Shown here: positions 49,740-63,973 of the stretch, one piece after another | Numbering within the stretch: the first letter of the stretch is position 1 | Layout of the letters: every line of letters begins with the position of its first letter | NCBI RefSeq assembly: GCF_006345805.1 | Contig: NC_042999.1 | Span: 94,054,001 to 94,118,000 of the forward strand | Source of the DNA: Octopus sinensis | Taxonomy: Eukaryota | Reading direction: 5' to 3' | DNA length: 64,000 bases | Program-made: the position numbers and the translations under genes | Notes under the pieces: generated by a model | The model's input: only the letters and a program-made list of their open reading frames with translations | The model's database searches: none | Told to the model about the DNA's origin: nothing

Positions 49740-51060
49740 AGACGCCCTCGAGCAAAAATGTGAACGAGGCTTAGTGCATTCCCAAAGCGAGTTAATTATC
49801 TACTTGGTGTTTGTAAGAATGAGGAGGTTAAAACTAGACAGGGATTCCTCAGAGCAGAGACATCATCTCTTGGAAATTATATTGCATGGTTTCGCGTAGA
49901 TTACTATGGCCCAAGTATCGTTATACTTCATTATATCCTCCTTCGGTCGCCATACATAATCTGCCAAAGATATAGAATATCTCTTATTTATTGTCTGAAA
50001 GCTGGCAACATAGTCATGATAACGATTGTTAAAAGAATTAACTGTCTTCCCAATGTAAACATACGGCCATTCCCTTATGTGCACGGTACATTTATATACA
50101 AGATTTTTACTCATACAGAGATTCATCAAAGGACATTTTCATTTTGCTCTGCATGAGCATTTATCATATTTATTTATATATAAGGTAGTCTCGACTCCAT
50201 TTACCGACGTTGTTACCGTGTTAGCTGTATCATATGTATGTCTATTACTACAAATCAGTTGTAATTGGTGTTTATCATTGCGGTTTACATCTCCTTAGTT
50301 CGTATTTAGATGCAAATGTTCGCTAGATCCTGTAGGTGGGTTATTGAACTTTAGTTGCATTTTGCTATTGTTTATGCGATTCATAAGGTGCTCAAAATTA
50401 GCAGAGTTGGCGTAGGATACCTTCACGGTGTGTCGATTAAAAATAGCATGATACCGATTAGATTTAGGAAAACACTTGTCGAAAGCAGCAGTCTCGGTTG
50501 AATCATGTGAACCGAAAATCGGGCTGAATTAGAGGACATGCTGATTCCTATACTGTTGTTGGGCTTATTTGATCGAGCGTGTTGTACAGGATTGGTACAA
50601 GCAGTTGGATTATTATGTCGCGTGTATCTATGAGCTTTCGTTAAAATTTATTGATATGACCAGTTCTCCCTGGCCTGTGTTCTTTATCAGAGTTCTCAAA
50701 CCGTGACGTGGTTGTATATAACGTGTATCACATTTGGAGGAATTACCAGCGTTGTGTATGGCGGGTTCTTGAACATATTGAAATTCATCACGGTACCCAG
50801 CCCTAGCTACAGCAGCATTATAAGTTGCATGTGATTCGAAAATTATACTCTTAGCGGATAATCTAGAAATTCTTGTAGAAATATTATTAATTAGTTCTCG
50901 GATAATGGAGGGTGGATGGTTTGATGGTACCTTAATGTACTTAATATGATCATTTGGCTTATGAATTGGTTCAAATAATCCAGTATCAAGAAAGCAGGTA
51001 GCATTAAGAAAATTCACTCTACGATAATCTTTACCTATAGTAATGTTTAGTCCTAAATTT
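49740..51060 (-). mobile_element. Penelope-like element, RT thumb + GIY-YIG, decayed
   Basis: VNFLN..KPND..YI..SNHPPSII..RISRLS; IFNRHTVKVSY; CSCR..CPL..LVYKCTV..YIGKT..RY..SLADYVW..SKRC. Confidence 0.9.
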
Positions 51061-51204
51061 TGAAAAGTCTAAAGAAATTTTTCCTATGCTTTTTAACTGT
51101 ACTTTGCTACTTCTGTCCAGAAAAAATAAGGCGTCATTCCTATATGGAACCCCAGTTACTTCTGGAAAGGAAGACTGGGTTAATGAAAGGATATATATTC
51201 TGAC

Positions 51205-51521
51205 TAGGTCAGTGATCTGAGCAGAATCATATGAGCCCGTTGGTATATCAAATGCATTCTCGTGAGTTCAATTTCCGACAACGCGTTGTGTCCTTGAGCA
51301 AGACACTTTATTTCACATTACTCCAGTCTACCCAGCTTGCAAAAATGAGAAGTACCTGTATTTCAAAGTGCCAGTCCTGTATCACGCTGAATCTCCCTGA
51401 GAACTACGTTAGGATTACGCGTGTCTGTGCTTAGCCATTTCTACGTTAATTTCACGAGCAAGCTGTTCCATTGATCGTATCAGCTGGGACCCTCGTTGTC
51501 GTAACCGACGGAATGCTCGTT
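51205..51521 (+). mobile_element. tRNA-derived SINE, family 4
   Basis: gtgagttcaatttcc (B-box-like) followed by gttgtgtccttgagcaagacactttatttcacattactccagtctacccagct, a central segment typical of CORE/Meta-type SINEs. Confidence 0.6.
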
Positions 51522-51974
51522 AGATACTGTGTAAGAGAAACAAACTAACAAAACTAATAAAATGAAGCAGCCTCTCTCAACATAAGAGACTGAGAAAAAA
51601 TAAAAGGAGGAACATCAATCTGTACATAAACCTATCTTCAGAAAAACAAAGAAATTTCGCTAACAGAACATCGAACGGTAGAGAATGTAAAATCCAATCC
51701 GAAGTTCTTTTTCCATTTTTCGAAACAAAGACCATCTACACATAAGCAGATTGGCCCACTAATCGATCAAAATGAGTCGTATACTAACGAGTCTTTGCAA
51801 ATGTACGCATATACGTACTCTGGTTTGCGTATATAGCAGTGCATTTTCCCAACCTATAGTTAATAAAGTAATGCAAAATCCAAAAGAATTATTTGATTCC
51901 CAGAACTTAACAGTAGAGGTATGTCTAGAAATTAATGATATTATGAAAGATGATATATATATATATATACAACT

Positions 51975-53292
51975 TTCAATGACCTAGGTGGAAACTAAGC
52001 ATCTGGACCAGATGATCTCCCAGCCATACTGTTGAAAGGCGATTTAATTTCAAAGGTCACAAGATACCGGAAAATCTCCAGTACTCATGAAAGATGTATT
52101 TGTATCATAAAGTAGGTAGTAATGCTGAAGCTAAAAATTACAGACTTGTGTCTCACACATTTAAACGTATATCGAACGGGTTGTCCGAAAACGAATAATT
52201 ACATTATTTAAGGAAAACAATTATTAGAGTACAATAATAACACTATCCCCAATAATAGCTTCGGACGAAAGGACATTGACTGCGTATATCTTGGAAGGAT
52301 CTTAGCATCACAGGAAGACTCGTAGAATGTCTCTGACTTCCTGCGTGGTAAGTGCCGATTGGTTGCTGCAATCGGTTTTCTCTCTGTTAAGTCACCTGTA
52401 ATAAGCCTCAGCGCACTGTTCCAAGAAAATTCAAGTTTCAGAAGATATAGTCACACTCCAAAATGAGCTAAACATCATGTATCAACGGGCAGATAAAAGC
52501 AATATGTAATTTAATTCAAAATTTCTGGTTCTTCATTACAGGGAGAATACACACAAATCACATTATGTCACACGAGATAACTCAATGATTCAGAGTACTC
52601 ATGATATAAAAGCCTTCTAAATGAAGAATTTTCGTGATAAGTGAACTGATAGTCATGCTAGATCTATGAAAATCCTTAGCGGTAAGCAAATTAGATTACT
52701 GCTCTCAGCACTGGCCTCCTAACTCATCCACCGCATAGAAGGAACTGAAAGATTAGAAAGATTATACACCAGTACAATAACTTTAGTTAAAAGCCTTAAT
52801 GTGTATGAAAGCTCTGAGTCCCTACTCTCTTGAAGGCTGGAGAGAGATGTGCTACCATATATGCATATATCGAAAATCTAGGAGGATCATATTCCAAACC
52901 TTGATACTAGATTGATTTCTAATGCACCAACAGATAGATAATGTCCGCTTCCAAATACACCATCTTGGAAATCACGTGCAAAGCACTCTATTTTACAGGT
53001 CTGATATTAAGAGGTCCTCAGCTGTTCATGTGTCTAACTAAAGAAGTCAGACATATAAAAGAAACGTCTACTGAAAGATTTAAAAGAAAAAGAAATTGGA
53101 TAAACCTCTAACAACAATATCGGAGAAGTCAACCATTCAAAAGTACACATAAGGCACTTCAGCTGCCACAAACTCAAGAACTTCTAACCAGAGAGATACA
53201 TCAAAGCTTAAAGAAAATAAATTAAGGTGGTCTCAGACTTGGTCACAGCACAACGACTGAACCGATTCAACGAATAAAAGAATAAAAGAATA
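51975..53292 (+). mobile_element. CR1/L2-like LINE, decayed RT to 3' end
   Basis: SGPDDLPAILLK, AKNYR, ITGRLVE..DFLRG, LQNELNIMYQ, LDYCSQ, RGPQLF; tail (GAATAAAA)n. Confidence 0.85.
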
Positions 53293-53769
53293 GGGGTGTC
53301 ATATCTAAAACAAAAAGAAAGAAAAAACGCATGTTATGAAAACTCTATTACCTTTATCATTATCCACCGCATCCTGAGCACTACAAGCAACTTAATCTAC
53401 TTATCAATCACGTCTTAAGAAGTTAACATCATGAATAACAGTTACTTTTAAATACAATGACTTCGTATACTAGCAGACGCATTTACTAAAACGCATTTAC
53501 TAAAAAGTGACACAAATATTTTCGTCTTTGAAAAGAGTCTGCTCCATGAAGCTAAACACTCTAGTACCTTTAGATAAAGATAATTTATGTATCCTTTTAT
53601 CTATCCATCTTTCACTGATCTCTCTCTCTCACTCTCTTTCTCTCTCTCTCTGTATATATATATATAAGCATATATATTTGATTTTGTATACAATTATATG
53701 TGTGTGAGAGAGTTCATCTGCAGGTCTATAGGGAGATATACATACACACACATACACACACACACACAT

Positions 53770-53800
<31 letters not shown>

Positions 53801-53914
53801 CATATCTTAATATTTATGTATATGTATATGTAGGTATACATATGTATGTATATATATATATATATTGGAGAGAGAGAAAGATGGAGAGAGAGATAAAGAG
53901 AGACACAGAGAGAG

Positions 53915-53954
<40 letters not shown>

Positions 53955-54084
53955 TAGCGATTTCAATACACTCACTCACTTTAGTGATTTAGTGATCTTT
54001 AAATATATGAGAACAGCGCCTCTTTATTTAGAGAATATAAGTAAAAGGATGCAGTCTATTTCATAATCATTGCCTATAAGCTTG

Positions 54085-54290
54085 AACATTGATTTGATTG
54101 GGCGAAGCACGTAGCTTGTTTGAATAAAAAGCGGGACATAGCAGCGAATTGAATCAACATCAGTCAATACTGGTAATTACTTCATCAACTGTGAAGTGAT
54201 AAAAATAAAGATCTACTACCGTGTCAGTAAAATTGAAAAGAACTACATAAAATATTTCTAGATATTTAAAGCACTCAGACAGCCGTATTA
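54085..54290 (-). mobile_element. SINE family 2 remnant, very diverged
   Basis: aattgaatcaacatcagtcaatactggtaattacttcatcaac...aaagatctac. Confidence 0.35.
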
Positions 54291-54324
54291 TATTCTCAGT
54301 TATTTTAATCACTGTCAGCAGTTA

Positions 54325-54381
<57 letters not shown>

Positions 54382-55052
54382 AGCATTTTCCGGGTACAGT
54401 ATTTCACATGTTGCAGAAACACTGTTGATTGAATCGATCTAACTGTATTATTAGTTCATATTTTAGAGAAGCAAAATTTCAACTCGAAACCGAAATACCA
54501 AATATAATTACTGAAATGCTCGATATCCTATTTTTCCTGCAATTTCTTTGCCATCGAAAGACTTAGTGTTTACGGCAAAACAGCGCCGCATAAATCACTT
54601 ACGTGTAACAATTGTTTGTATGCAAATATAAATTCTAAACTTAATTATGTTCTGTTGAAATTAATTGTTGAGATTCTCATCATTAAGACGTGTAAAATTT
54701 CTGAAGATAATGTGTTGTTTAGTAAATGTATGCTAATTAGGGGATAATTAAACATGTTTTAATTTATAGAAATTTCAGTTCTTTGTAATATATTTCTAAG
54801 CTAACACCAGGTGATATTTTTGCATCGACTATCAGTAAATCTATTTTCAGAAGCTACATAATAATTCAATTAATTCTTTACCAATTCAATATATACCATT
54901 ACATTATTTATCCTGTTAGGAAATCATACAATATTTATGCCAGAATTATTCTGCAGAATAATATTTTCGGAACATTTTGTTCACAATTTTTCTTGATGCT
55001 CTTGATAAGAAATTTGCAAATATTTGAGAATTTTACTCAATGTATTAATTAG

Positions 55053-55343
55053 GAAAGGCTGAGTATTTGTGTACAGCAGAAATAGATAATACTGCAGAAT
55101 ACTATTCGGGTCTCAAATCATATATGAAGGCTGATATATTTAAATCATGTGATGTTTTCCATAATGAATTAAAGGCTAGCATGATAATAAATGAAATTGA
55201 GAATGATATACATCGCAAGACACCTGTAACGGCTGTATGCAGATACAATTTCGTTACGAGAGAAGGTTTTAAGATAAAAATCCCATGTGAAGAGAAAATA
55301 AAAATAAAATTCGTAATTGAGCGAACTTGCTTTCCTGTATTGA
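55053..55343 (+). CDS. Candidate symmetric (phase 1-1) coding exon, unidentified
   Basis: AG at 55051-52 (alternative 55075-76, same phase), 291 nt open, donor A|GTGAGT at 55344. Non-repetitive peptide KAEYLCTAEIDNTAEYYSGLKSYMKADIFKSC... Confidence 0.25.
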
Positions 55344-58072
55344 GTGAGTCGTGTTAGCTGCAAAAATACAAAATATTTATGCCAATCTTGCTTTCGATGC
55401 ATATAAATATTATAAGATTTCATTTGAATGGCACGGGTATAAAATATAAATATTAAATCATATAGAAGCTTCATCGAAACATTTTCCCACATGTGGGACT
55501 AAAAACAATTCGTAATTTAAATAACGTTATTTTGTTGGTAATTAGCCTGTCACGATCGCTGTTCTTGATAGACTACGATATAGCTGAATTATTTTGAATT
55601 AATATGATATAGTCTTCCATTTTTTATGGCAGAACACCGAGGTATTATGGAAAGTCTGGTATGCTTTCAGAGAAGACTTACAATAAACTTTCAGCAAATA
55701 AAAGAAATAGTTTTGGTAACATAGTTTATACCAAAACGTTCATTAACGTATTAAGTTACTTATTTTTTAACAATAAAGTCATTTAATGAAAATCGGAACC
55801 GGCATATTTTCTGAACTGTATTGGAAGTGCCCCGTAACTTAAATACGTATATTGAAAGAACTAGGCAGGGTAAACCAATGCAAAACCAAGAATAAATTCA
55901 AACATCCAACATATTTGCAAAATAATTTATTATTAAGAGGATGATTGTCATATAACTTACGTAAAATGTAATATTTATAAAATATTAATCATTCCACTTA
56001 TTAGATGTTTGTTATATTTAACTTTTTGTTAAATATATTGGGAGAAGCAGGAAAGGATGAGTGTGTTAGTATGGAAGTAATATAACGTATGTTAGGTATA
56101 TCCTAGTTACTGTTACCAGATGCCTGTATAGATTCAAGTACATAATTGTACACCAGGAAATCGATCCGCAATCGCATTATAATCGGGTTGCAGGCATCTT
56201 AGCATTGTAGAGTAAAGCTCAAAGTGTTTTAAAATGCACCGAAAGGCTTGTTGTTGTTAAAATGTATTATAAAAACCATTCTGGTTAGGATTACTCAACT
56301 GTAACACAAAGATATCTTGTTATCACTATAAATGCCTTAATTTTTTTTTAACAGATAAATTTATTACAAAGAGATGAATTTGTGTTACCCTTGTCCTGTT
56401 GCGCCAAATGCTTAAATCCTGGGGTAATAAAAAAAACGTCTTTTCCCCACCAGGTTCATTATTAATAGAATAGGTATGATAGCCGTATTTAGCCCTTCAG
56501 TAGAAATCAATTCTGTGTTTAAATTAAGGAGCTTAAGTTTGCCATACAAGCAATTATTATTTATCATGCTTTATTTTAAAGGATCATACAATTCAAATAA
56601 CTTCAAACCAGTATCACAGATATAGCTAATTCTTAGCTTGAGTATGGCATTTAGAATAACCATGCCTATGAGAAAATCAGGTACATGCTAAGTGATTATC
56701 ATCGTATTTAATGATCTAATTCATGATTAACTGCACTTAAGTCAATTAAATTCTGAATATTTAATCTCATTAACGTCTTAAATACGTTGTCTTTAATATA
56801 GTATTATAGTAAATACAGTCTCTCCTATAATTATGTCATTTAAAAGAATGTTCAACATACACCACATAATCTGATATCTACGGTCACATATGTGATGCAG
56901 ATATGTGCGACAGTTATAAGTAAAGAAGAGTTTAAGACAAAATAGAATCAAATATCTAACAGCAGGGTCGGACAACATTCTATACTTTATTAGATTATGT
57001 AACACTAAATTTCTCATACTGATCATTACTCATATGTATACAAATATTTACTTACATCCATTCTAATTTCTTTCAAAATGTGTAATACAAAAATAGAGTA
57101 AATAATATACTTATTTGTAACATTCAAAATAGTGGACCTGCTGAATAATAGGCAAAGCACTCGAGCAAGCGACAAAATATATCAGCGACAAGAAACTGAA
57201 ATATTTTAAGTCTGAAGAATTCAACATGTCCGTATTTACATATTTATGCTCTAAACTCTTTTAGACTTCAGTCAAATTACTAGTGTTTTATATCCCTTAG
57301 AAATCATATAATAATAATTTTAGTGTATACAATGTTTACATGTCTACTCGAATATGCAGGCTACGCTTTATACAATACATGTGTGTATTTAAAAATCAAT
57401 GCAGATAAAGAAACCTTTATCAGATCATTAGAACCTCGTGGATACACTAATAGTTCATCTTTAAGTATACTTACATTTTTTCTCTTTATATGTACAATGA
57501 ATGGAAAACAGAGTCTTGTTGAAATTAGCTTGACAGGGTGTGGTCTATTTAGGGTAACAATAATTGAAGACTTTTAACCGTGGGAACATCAACATTTGCA
57601 TCTAAGACAAAGGTGTACAATCTATCGTGCGTTTTTCTTTGATGGTATTGTTTTATTTATGGAAAGCGTGACTGATATTTGTTAGCAGATCGTAAGATCG
57701 GTTTGTATACTACACATCCCTGAAAGGTTCCCTTTTATGAACATTAACGTCCGTTTTCCTTTGCGTGATGGCTATTACGTCATATTTATTCGATTTTCCA
57801 ATTATGTTTCCTTTTAGTAAATTTAGGTTATATTTATTTAATCTACATAACCGGCGGTATGCAATTATTTGAGATAATACACCGTGAGAATTTATTGCAA
57901 ATACAGACAACAATATATATTTATAATGCCATAGTCTATGGAATCGTTCTTAATGACTGGAATAATGAACATAAAATTCAGTGTTTGATGGGTAACATAC
58001 AATTATAGGTAAGAAAATATGAGGTATATGAAGAGAATTATATTGTAATAAATGGAAATATATGCATATGAC

Positions 58073-58171
<99 letters not shown>

Positions 58172-58454
58172 CATACATATACGTATATACAAATATATAT
58201 GTAGCGTATGAATTGTTATAAATCTTGATCATTGATCGAGGAGAATAAAACTCAGGAAACTATTCAATTCGTTATCGATGCAACATTGTATAAACTCACT
58301 TGGTTAATGGAAGTTTCATACATTCAAACGTAAATACTTACATATATACGTAAATTCATACATATATACACATGCATGCGCGCGTAAGTGTGTATGGATA
58401 TACTGGACGGATTTCTATAAATTTTTTCTCTCTGAAGTTCTTTCAAAACCTTTG

Positions 58455-58560
58455 GTCCATTCGGTTGTGGAGTAGGAGACATTTGCCAAATGTGCCATGC
58501 AAGTGGGACTGAACCATAAAGAAGTGATTTCAAATCAACATTCTTAACTACTTAACCATG
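58455..58560 (-). mobile_element. SINE family 1 head remnant
   Basis: gtaggagacatttgccaaatgtgccatgcaagtgggactgaacc. Confidence 0.45.
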
Positions 58561-58973
58561 TATAATGGCTCTTTGTGTATGTGGTGAGTGAATGTGTAGT
58601 GTGTGGGTGGGTGTGATTGTGTGTGTGTATGTATGTGTATGTGCATGCACTTATACAATGAGGTAGATATTTATATGAATATTAATGTAATGAAAAAATA
58701 TTGAAAGTTTTCTCGACATAATTTGAAAAAGATTTTCTAAAATTTAAAAGTATTCTTCTATATAGATCCGAATACAAAGTATTATATACATGGAGCACAG
58801 AAAAATACGCGCGCGCTAATAAGCATTTGTATAGTTTTACTGTTAAGGGATAAACTCTTAACTAATCTTAAACAACTCTGTTCCTCTATTGACCAGAAAC
58901 ATATTCCCCACCTACCTCTCTTTCTCTCACTCTTCTAACAAATTTGACGACAATGCAACCTTCATTTAACTAA

Positions 58974-59049
<76 letters not shown>

Positions 59050-60225
59050 ACATACATACATGTACAAGTGTGATCAGCCTGAACACATACACACATATAC
59101 GCACACACATATATATATAAATATATGTATACCAACAATCAGTCACTTTTAAACTGTCTGACATCCATTGATAGATTAAACCTAGTGTATTTTTAAAATA
59201 AAATGTCTCTTTTAGGTAAGTGTAAATATTTATTTTTTCCTGACATTAGTGCGATAAATAGAGGCAATTAGCTAGTTGCTTAGCTTTCCAGGATACAAAA
59301 CGCATCTTTGAACTGTCCAAATTTCTTTTTTGTTCGAAATATATAGAATATTATAGTAACAGGTTTAGAGAATACGAAGCCTAAGGTACTGCCTGAAGCG
59401 ATGCGAGTTCCAACAACATTTTCTGTTCTATGGAACTGAGTTAATCAATATTTTATTCATTTTTTGGTTACTCTCAGAGTTGTTTGGCTAAATTATAAAC
59501 TTGCAAGACTGAATTGCATTTTCCACCTAACAGCTTAGTATATCGAAATCAATCAGTCTATCTATCTATCCGTCTATCTGTCTATGTATGCATATATATA
59601 TATTATATACATAGATATGTATTGGATATAAAATTAAATAAATATATTAAATTATTCCTTTCGGTTTGAATCATAAAATATTAAATGACCCCATGTATTA
59701 CTTATAATTTGCTCATAAATGTATATTCATGTATAATGCATAATATTTAAATCGAAAATTTTAAGATATTTTGAATATATATTTAAAACGCACACAAAAT
59801 ATAATATATATGCAGTATACATATCAAACCAATAAAAACATAAAATATAATAACAATAGATATAATAAATAATAATAGATATAGAATAAACCTATATTTA
59901 TATATAGTAAATGCATAGGTTTCATCTTTTGTTCTAAATTATATATTATGCAAAGCATAAATATATGGATATAGAAAGAATTTGACATAACAACACAAAC
60001 TATATATACCATATACGTCTCATAAACTTATAAATTATACATACTACTTTTCATAATCATGTGGTGAAAAAGATTTTTGAAATTTTTATATCTCATGCCG
60101 AATCATGTATATGTATGTGTGTATATCTATGGATTAACAAGGGACTCAGTTTTACATTTCGTTGGTATAATTCCCTGAGTAGTTCATTGGATGCATTGAG
60201 CTTAGCTCAGTTTATTCATACATGC

Positions 60226-60302
<77 letters not shown>

Positions 60303-60653
60303 ATCCACAATATCCACTGTGTGAATTTTTTCTTTCTTTTACCTATTTATGTATTCAACCGATGTGCATGAAGATTCAATCGTTTTGCGTTTATTTGCCC
60401 ATTGAAAAGAGTGTACCTCAAGAAAAATCATATTTAAGTCGATCAAAGGCTATCTTTGCGATCACATAAAGAAATACAGAAAGGGCATAACATTCGTCTA
60501 AAACAATAAATTACTGCACTGTACGCTTTGTATTGATTATATTTAATATATTTAGTTTCTTGTATGTATGTACGTATGTATGTGAACACACATATATATA
60601 TATATATATATATAAGAGTATATATACATGCATACACACACACATACACATAT

Positions 60654-61048
60654 ACTCTTTTACTTGTTTCAGTCATTTGACTGTGGCCATGCTGGAGCAC
60701 CGCCTTTTAGTCGAGCAAATCGACCCCAGGACTTATTCTTTGGTAACCTAGTACTTATTTTATGGGGGATTTTTGCCGAACCACTAAGTTACTGGGACGT
60801 CAACACACCACCATGGGTTGTCAAGCGATGTTGGGGGGATAAACACAGACAAACATATACACACACATACATATACATATTTATGACGGGCTTCTTTCAG
60901 TTTTCTGTTTACCAAATTCACTCACTAGGCTTTAGTCGGCCCGAGGCTATAGTAGAAAACACTTGCCCAAGGTGCCACACAGTAGGAATGACCCTGGAAC
61001 CATGTGGTTGGTAAGCAAGCTACTTAGCACACAGCCACACCTGCACCT
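60654..61048 (-). mobile_element. Full-length SINE, family 1
   Basis: Colinear and highly similar to 4871-5273. Confidence 0.9.
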
Positions 61049-61050
61049 AC

Positions 61051-61092
<42 letters not shown>

Positions 61093-63774
61093 TGAGAGAC
61101 ACACACACATACATATATGTATATATATTATACATTTTAATATACATATATGCATATATAGTTTTACGTGTGTGCATATGCGTTTGAGAGTGTATGCTCA
61201 TTTCGTCAAATGTATAAAAATTTACAAATGCCTATATTTAATCTTTTCATTCTTTGTAAGTGCACAATGAAAAAACACGAATCCAAGTCAAGACTTTATC
61301 TTTTGTATGTTACAAGATTAGTTTTAAGCAATATTGCGTATATTGGCATCATACTCTGGTGCAGGCAATTACTCCTGATTTACTCAACCCCTTGTACGTT
61401 ATAGGTCAATCTGTACTATATCACACTTTCATGCGTGTTAATAAGGATGGGATTATTGCTTTAAATCTTGGTGTTGTATGTCACGAAAATTTAATCTCCA
61501 TCTAAGTATATCTTATCTGCTTTATACGATGTGCAGAGAACTTTGCACTGAATTTCTTTTTGCTTATTTTATTGATTCCTAAAATTCTTTAATTTTTGTG
61601 TTATATGCTAATCTTTGGTATTTGTACCCAAACATTGTTTTTTTTTACGAATGTGCGAATATATAGGAAGAACAACTCAATAACGTAGCTGCTGTATGTA
61701 TCTCAAGACAGAATTTTTAGAAATAGATACGGTTACTTCGCTCTATCATTATCTTAAACGCTGATATTTCTGTTTGACATTTCAACAGGATCATGTATGA
61801 TAGTATATTAGTAACGAAGAGGAATGTGCTGCTAGTTCTCTTATGCCAGAGAGTGAACGATAGGGAAATTTGAATAATATCTTTTAAATCGACTAATTGA
61901 GGAAGCTGAACAGTTTTTACCTAGATCCAGTTTTGTTCAGTTTGTCTCTGTTGTAGTTCCTTTACGCGAAGCAGATGTAGGAGTATCTACTCTAGAAATA
62001 AGAACAATAAGCATGTTGTATTCTACAAATGCATAAATCGAGATCTTAAAAATTGCTGTCCTTTCTCTTAAATATTTTATTATATATCTAACTTGCATAC
62101 ACTAAATTATGTGAAATAATATACCGAGAAATCAATTTGTTCAATAATTATGCTACATCACTATAATTTGTTTAGTCATAAGTTATAGAACATATTTAGA
62201 AAATAATATTAAAACTGGACTTTGGATAGTCACCTGGGCGCTAAGAGATGCATAATGTGACAAAATCAATTTCTTATACATTATGTTGAGAATGTTGATT
62301 TATGTTTATATCAATTAGCCGTCTGCCTTAACACTTTAGAGTCTGGCATTATTTACAGATATTAAATTGAGTTTGTACAAGTGGGTGTGCGAGTGCTGTG
62401 CTTTTGAGTTTGTGTATGTATATACATATATAAAGGAATAGAGAGGAGAGAGGACACAGAGAGAAATAGATAGATATGCGCATACACACTCTCTCACTCA
62501 CATATACACATATACATATTGGACAACATCTGTTTTTTACAGACTTGTCCATGTTACTATTCGAATGCGTTAACCATGAAAGTTATTCATCTGCAAGATT
62601 AAATATGTTTTGAACATATAATTATATTTTCATGACTGGAATTAATTAATTAATTTACTACGTATTCTCTTACATAATCAATATTTAGTATTGGCCGTGT
62701 GGAATAAATGAAGTTATAATTTACATGTATGTTTTACTTTACGTTTAATAATCTCAGTTTTCAATAATCAGAGTTTACAGTAATGGCATCTGAAGAAAGC
62801 GGCCTCAATTATAATCCAGAAACCAACTGACATTCGCGTCAAAATTATTGCGTTTTAGTCCACCAGGGAATAAGAACCATATAATATGACTCACTGTTTG
62901 TGTACCGCTACTTTATTGAAAACTAAGGATATATCAGTATATGCAGCACCATCAGTAGAATGTTTTTGTCTAACAAAATTTGTTCCATAGAATATCAATC
63001 ATATGCATGCTTCCATTGTTGCAATTGACGCGATCTGTTTCTGTGTTTTTTCCAGATTGCCATTATTCGAACATATTGTTAATGTTTCTATCATTCAGAA
63101 AGAGATAGATGCAATCAAACCAAGTGTTACGCATCGATTTTGTAATGTTATGCTGTTTAAAGAAGTGTTCGACTGAAACATGGGCAATTTTCATTTACCG
63201 AAGAGAAACAACATGAAAAAGTCTCATTCCAAAGAATACATAGCAACTCTGATGACAATATACAACGTACTGCCGCCTTGAAAATGCATATAACATGGAT
63301 GTTTCTGCAACTAGATTGTATGCAAGTAACAAAACAAAAACCATCATACATGGTGTTGAGAACAGTTACACACTTTTTCTTGCAGTTCAAAAATAGATAA
63401 TGAATCACATTTAAATCACAAAAAAAATTCAACTTAGAAACGAAATGACAAATTAGATAGTGTTGTACCACATATATCATGGAAGATTATGTTTGAAATA
63501 CTTCTGAACTGCTTCTTGATTAGAGGTGCAGAGGTCTGAAATGACAACAATTTAATCTCGACGGCAAAAGGAAAACGATACACAAGATGAAATATACGAT
63601 GTATACATATATATATATATATGTTTAAGTAGTTGAATGAATTATCCTAGTATGGATAATTCGGTTAACCGATAACCGGGTAGCAAATTTACGTCAGAAA
63701 GTACGGTTGGTGCTACATGCCAAGGGCAGAAACCAAGTGCTTTCGTGTGGAAATTTGTGTGTGTTTTTATTATA

Positions 63775-63973
63775 GATAAATGAAAGAATGGAGTCGAACG
63801 ACGATTTAACAAAATTCCTTTATTCTCGACATATGTTTCGAAGACTGCATATTCTTAATTCCGACTGCATATTCTTTATTCCTTCGGAATTAAGAATATG
63901 CATTCTTCGAAACATATGTCGAGAATAAAGACATTTTGTTAAATCGTCGTTTGACTCCATTCTTTCATTTATC
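63775..63973. repeat. Near-perfect palindrome: 90-bp arms, 4 mismatches, 19-nt loop
   Basis: 63775-63864 versus the reverse complement of 63884-63973, aligned base by base. Confidence 0.97.

Noticed and set aside
56119-56198. 10-bp stem enclosing smaller hairpins (cloverleaf-like)
   Set aside because: No tRNA or snoRNA boxes; the inner stems are only 4-6 bp.
63157-63480. 107-aa Cys/Phe-rich minus-strand ORF
   Set aside because: No motif or splice support; composition reflects an A/C-rich opposite strand.
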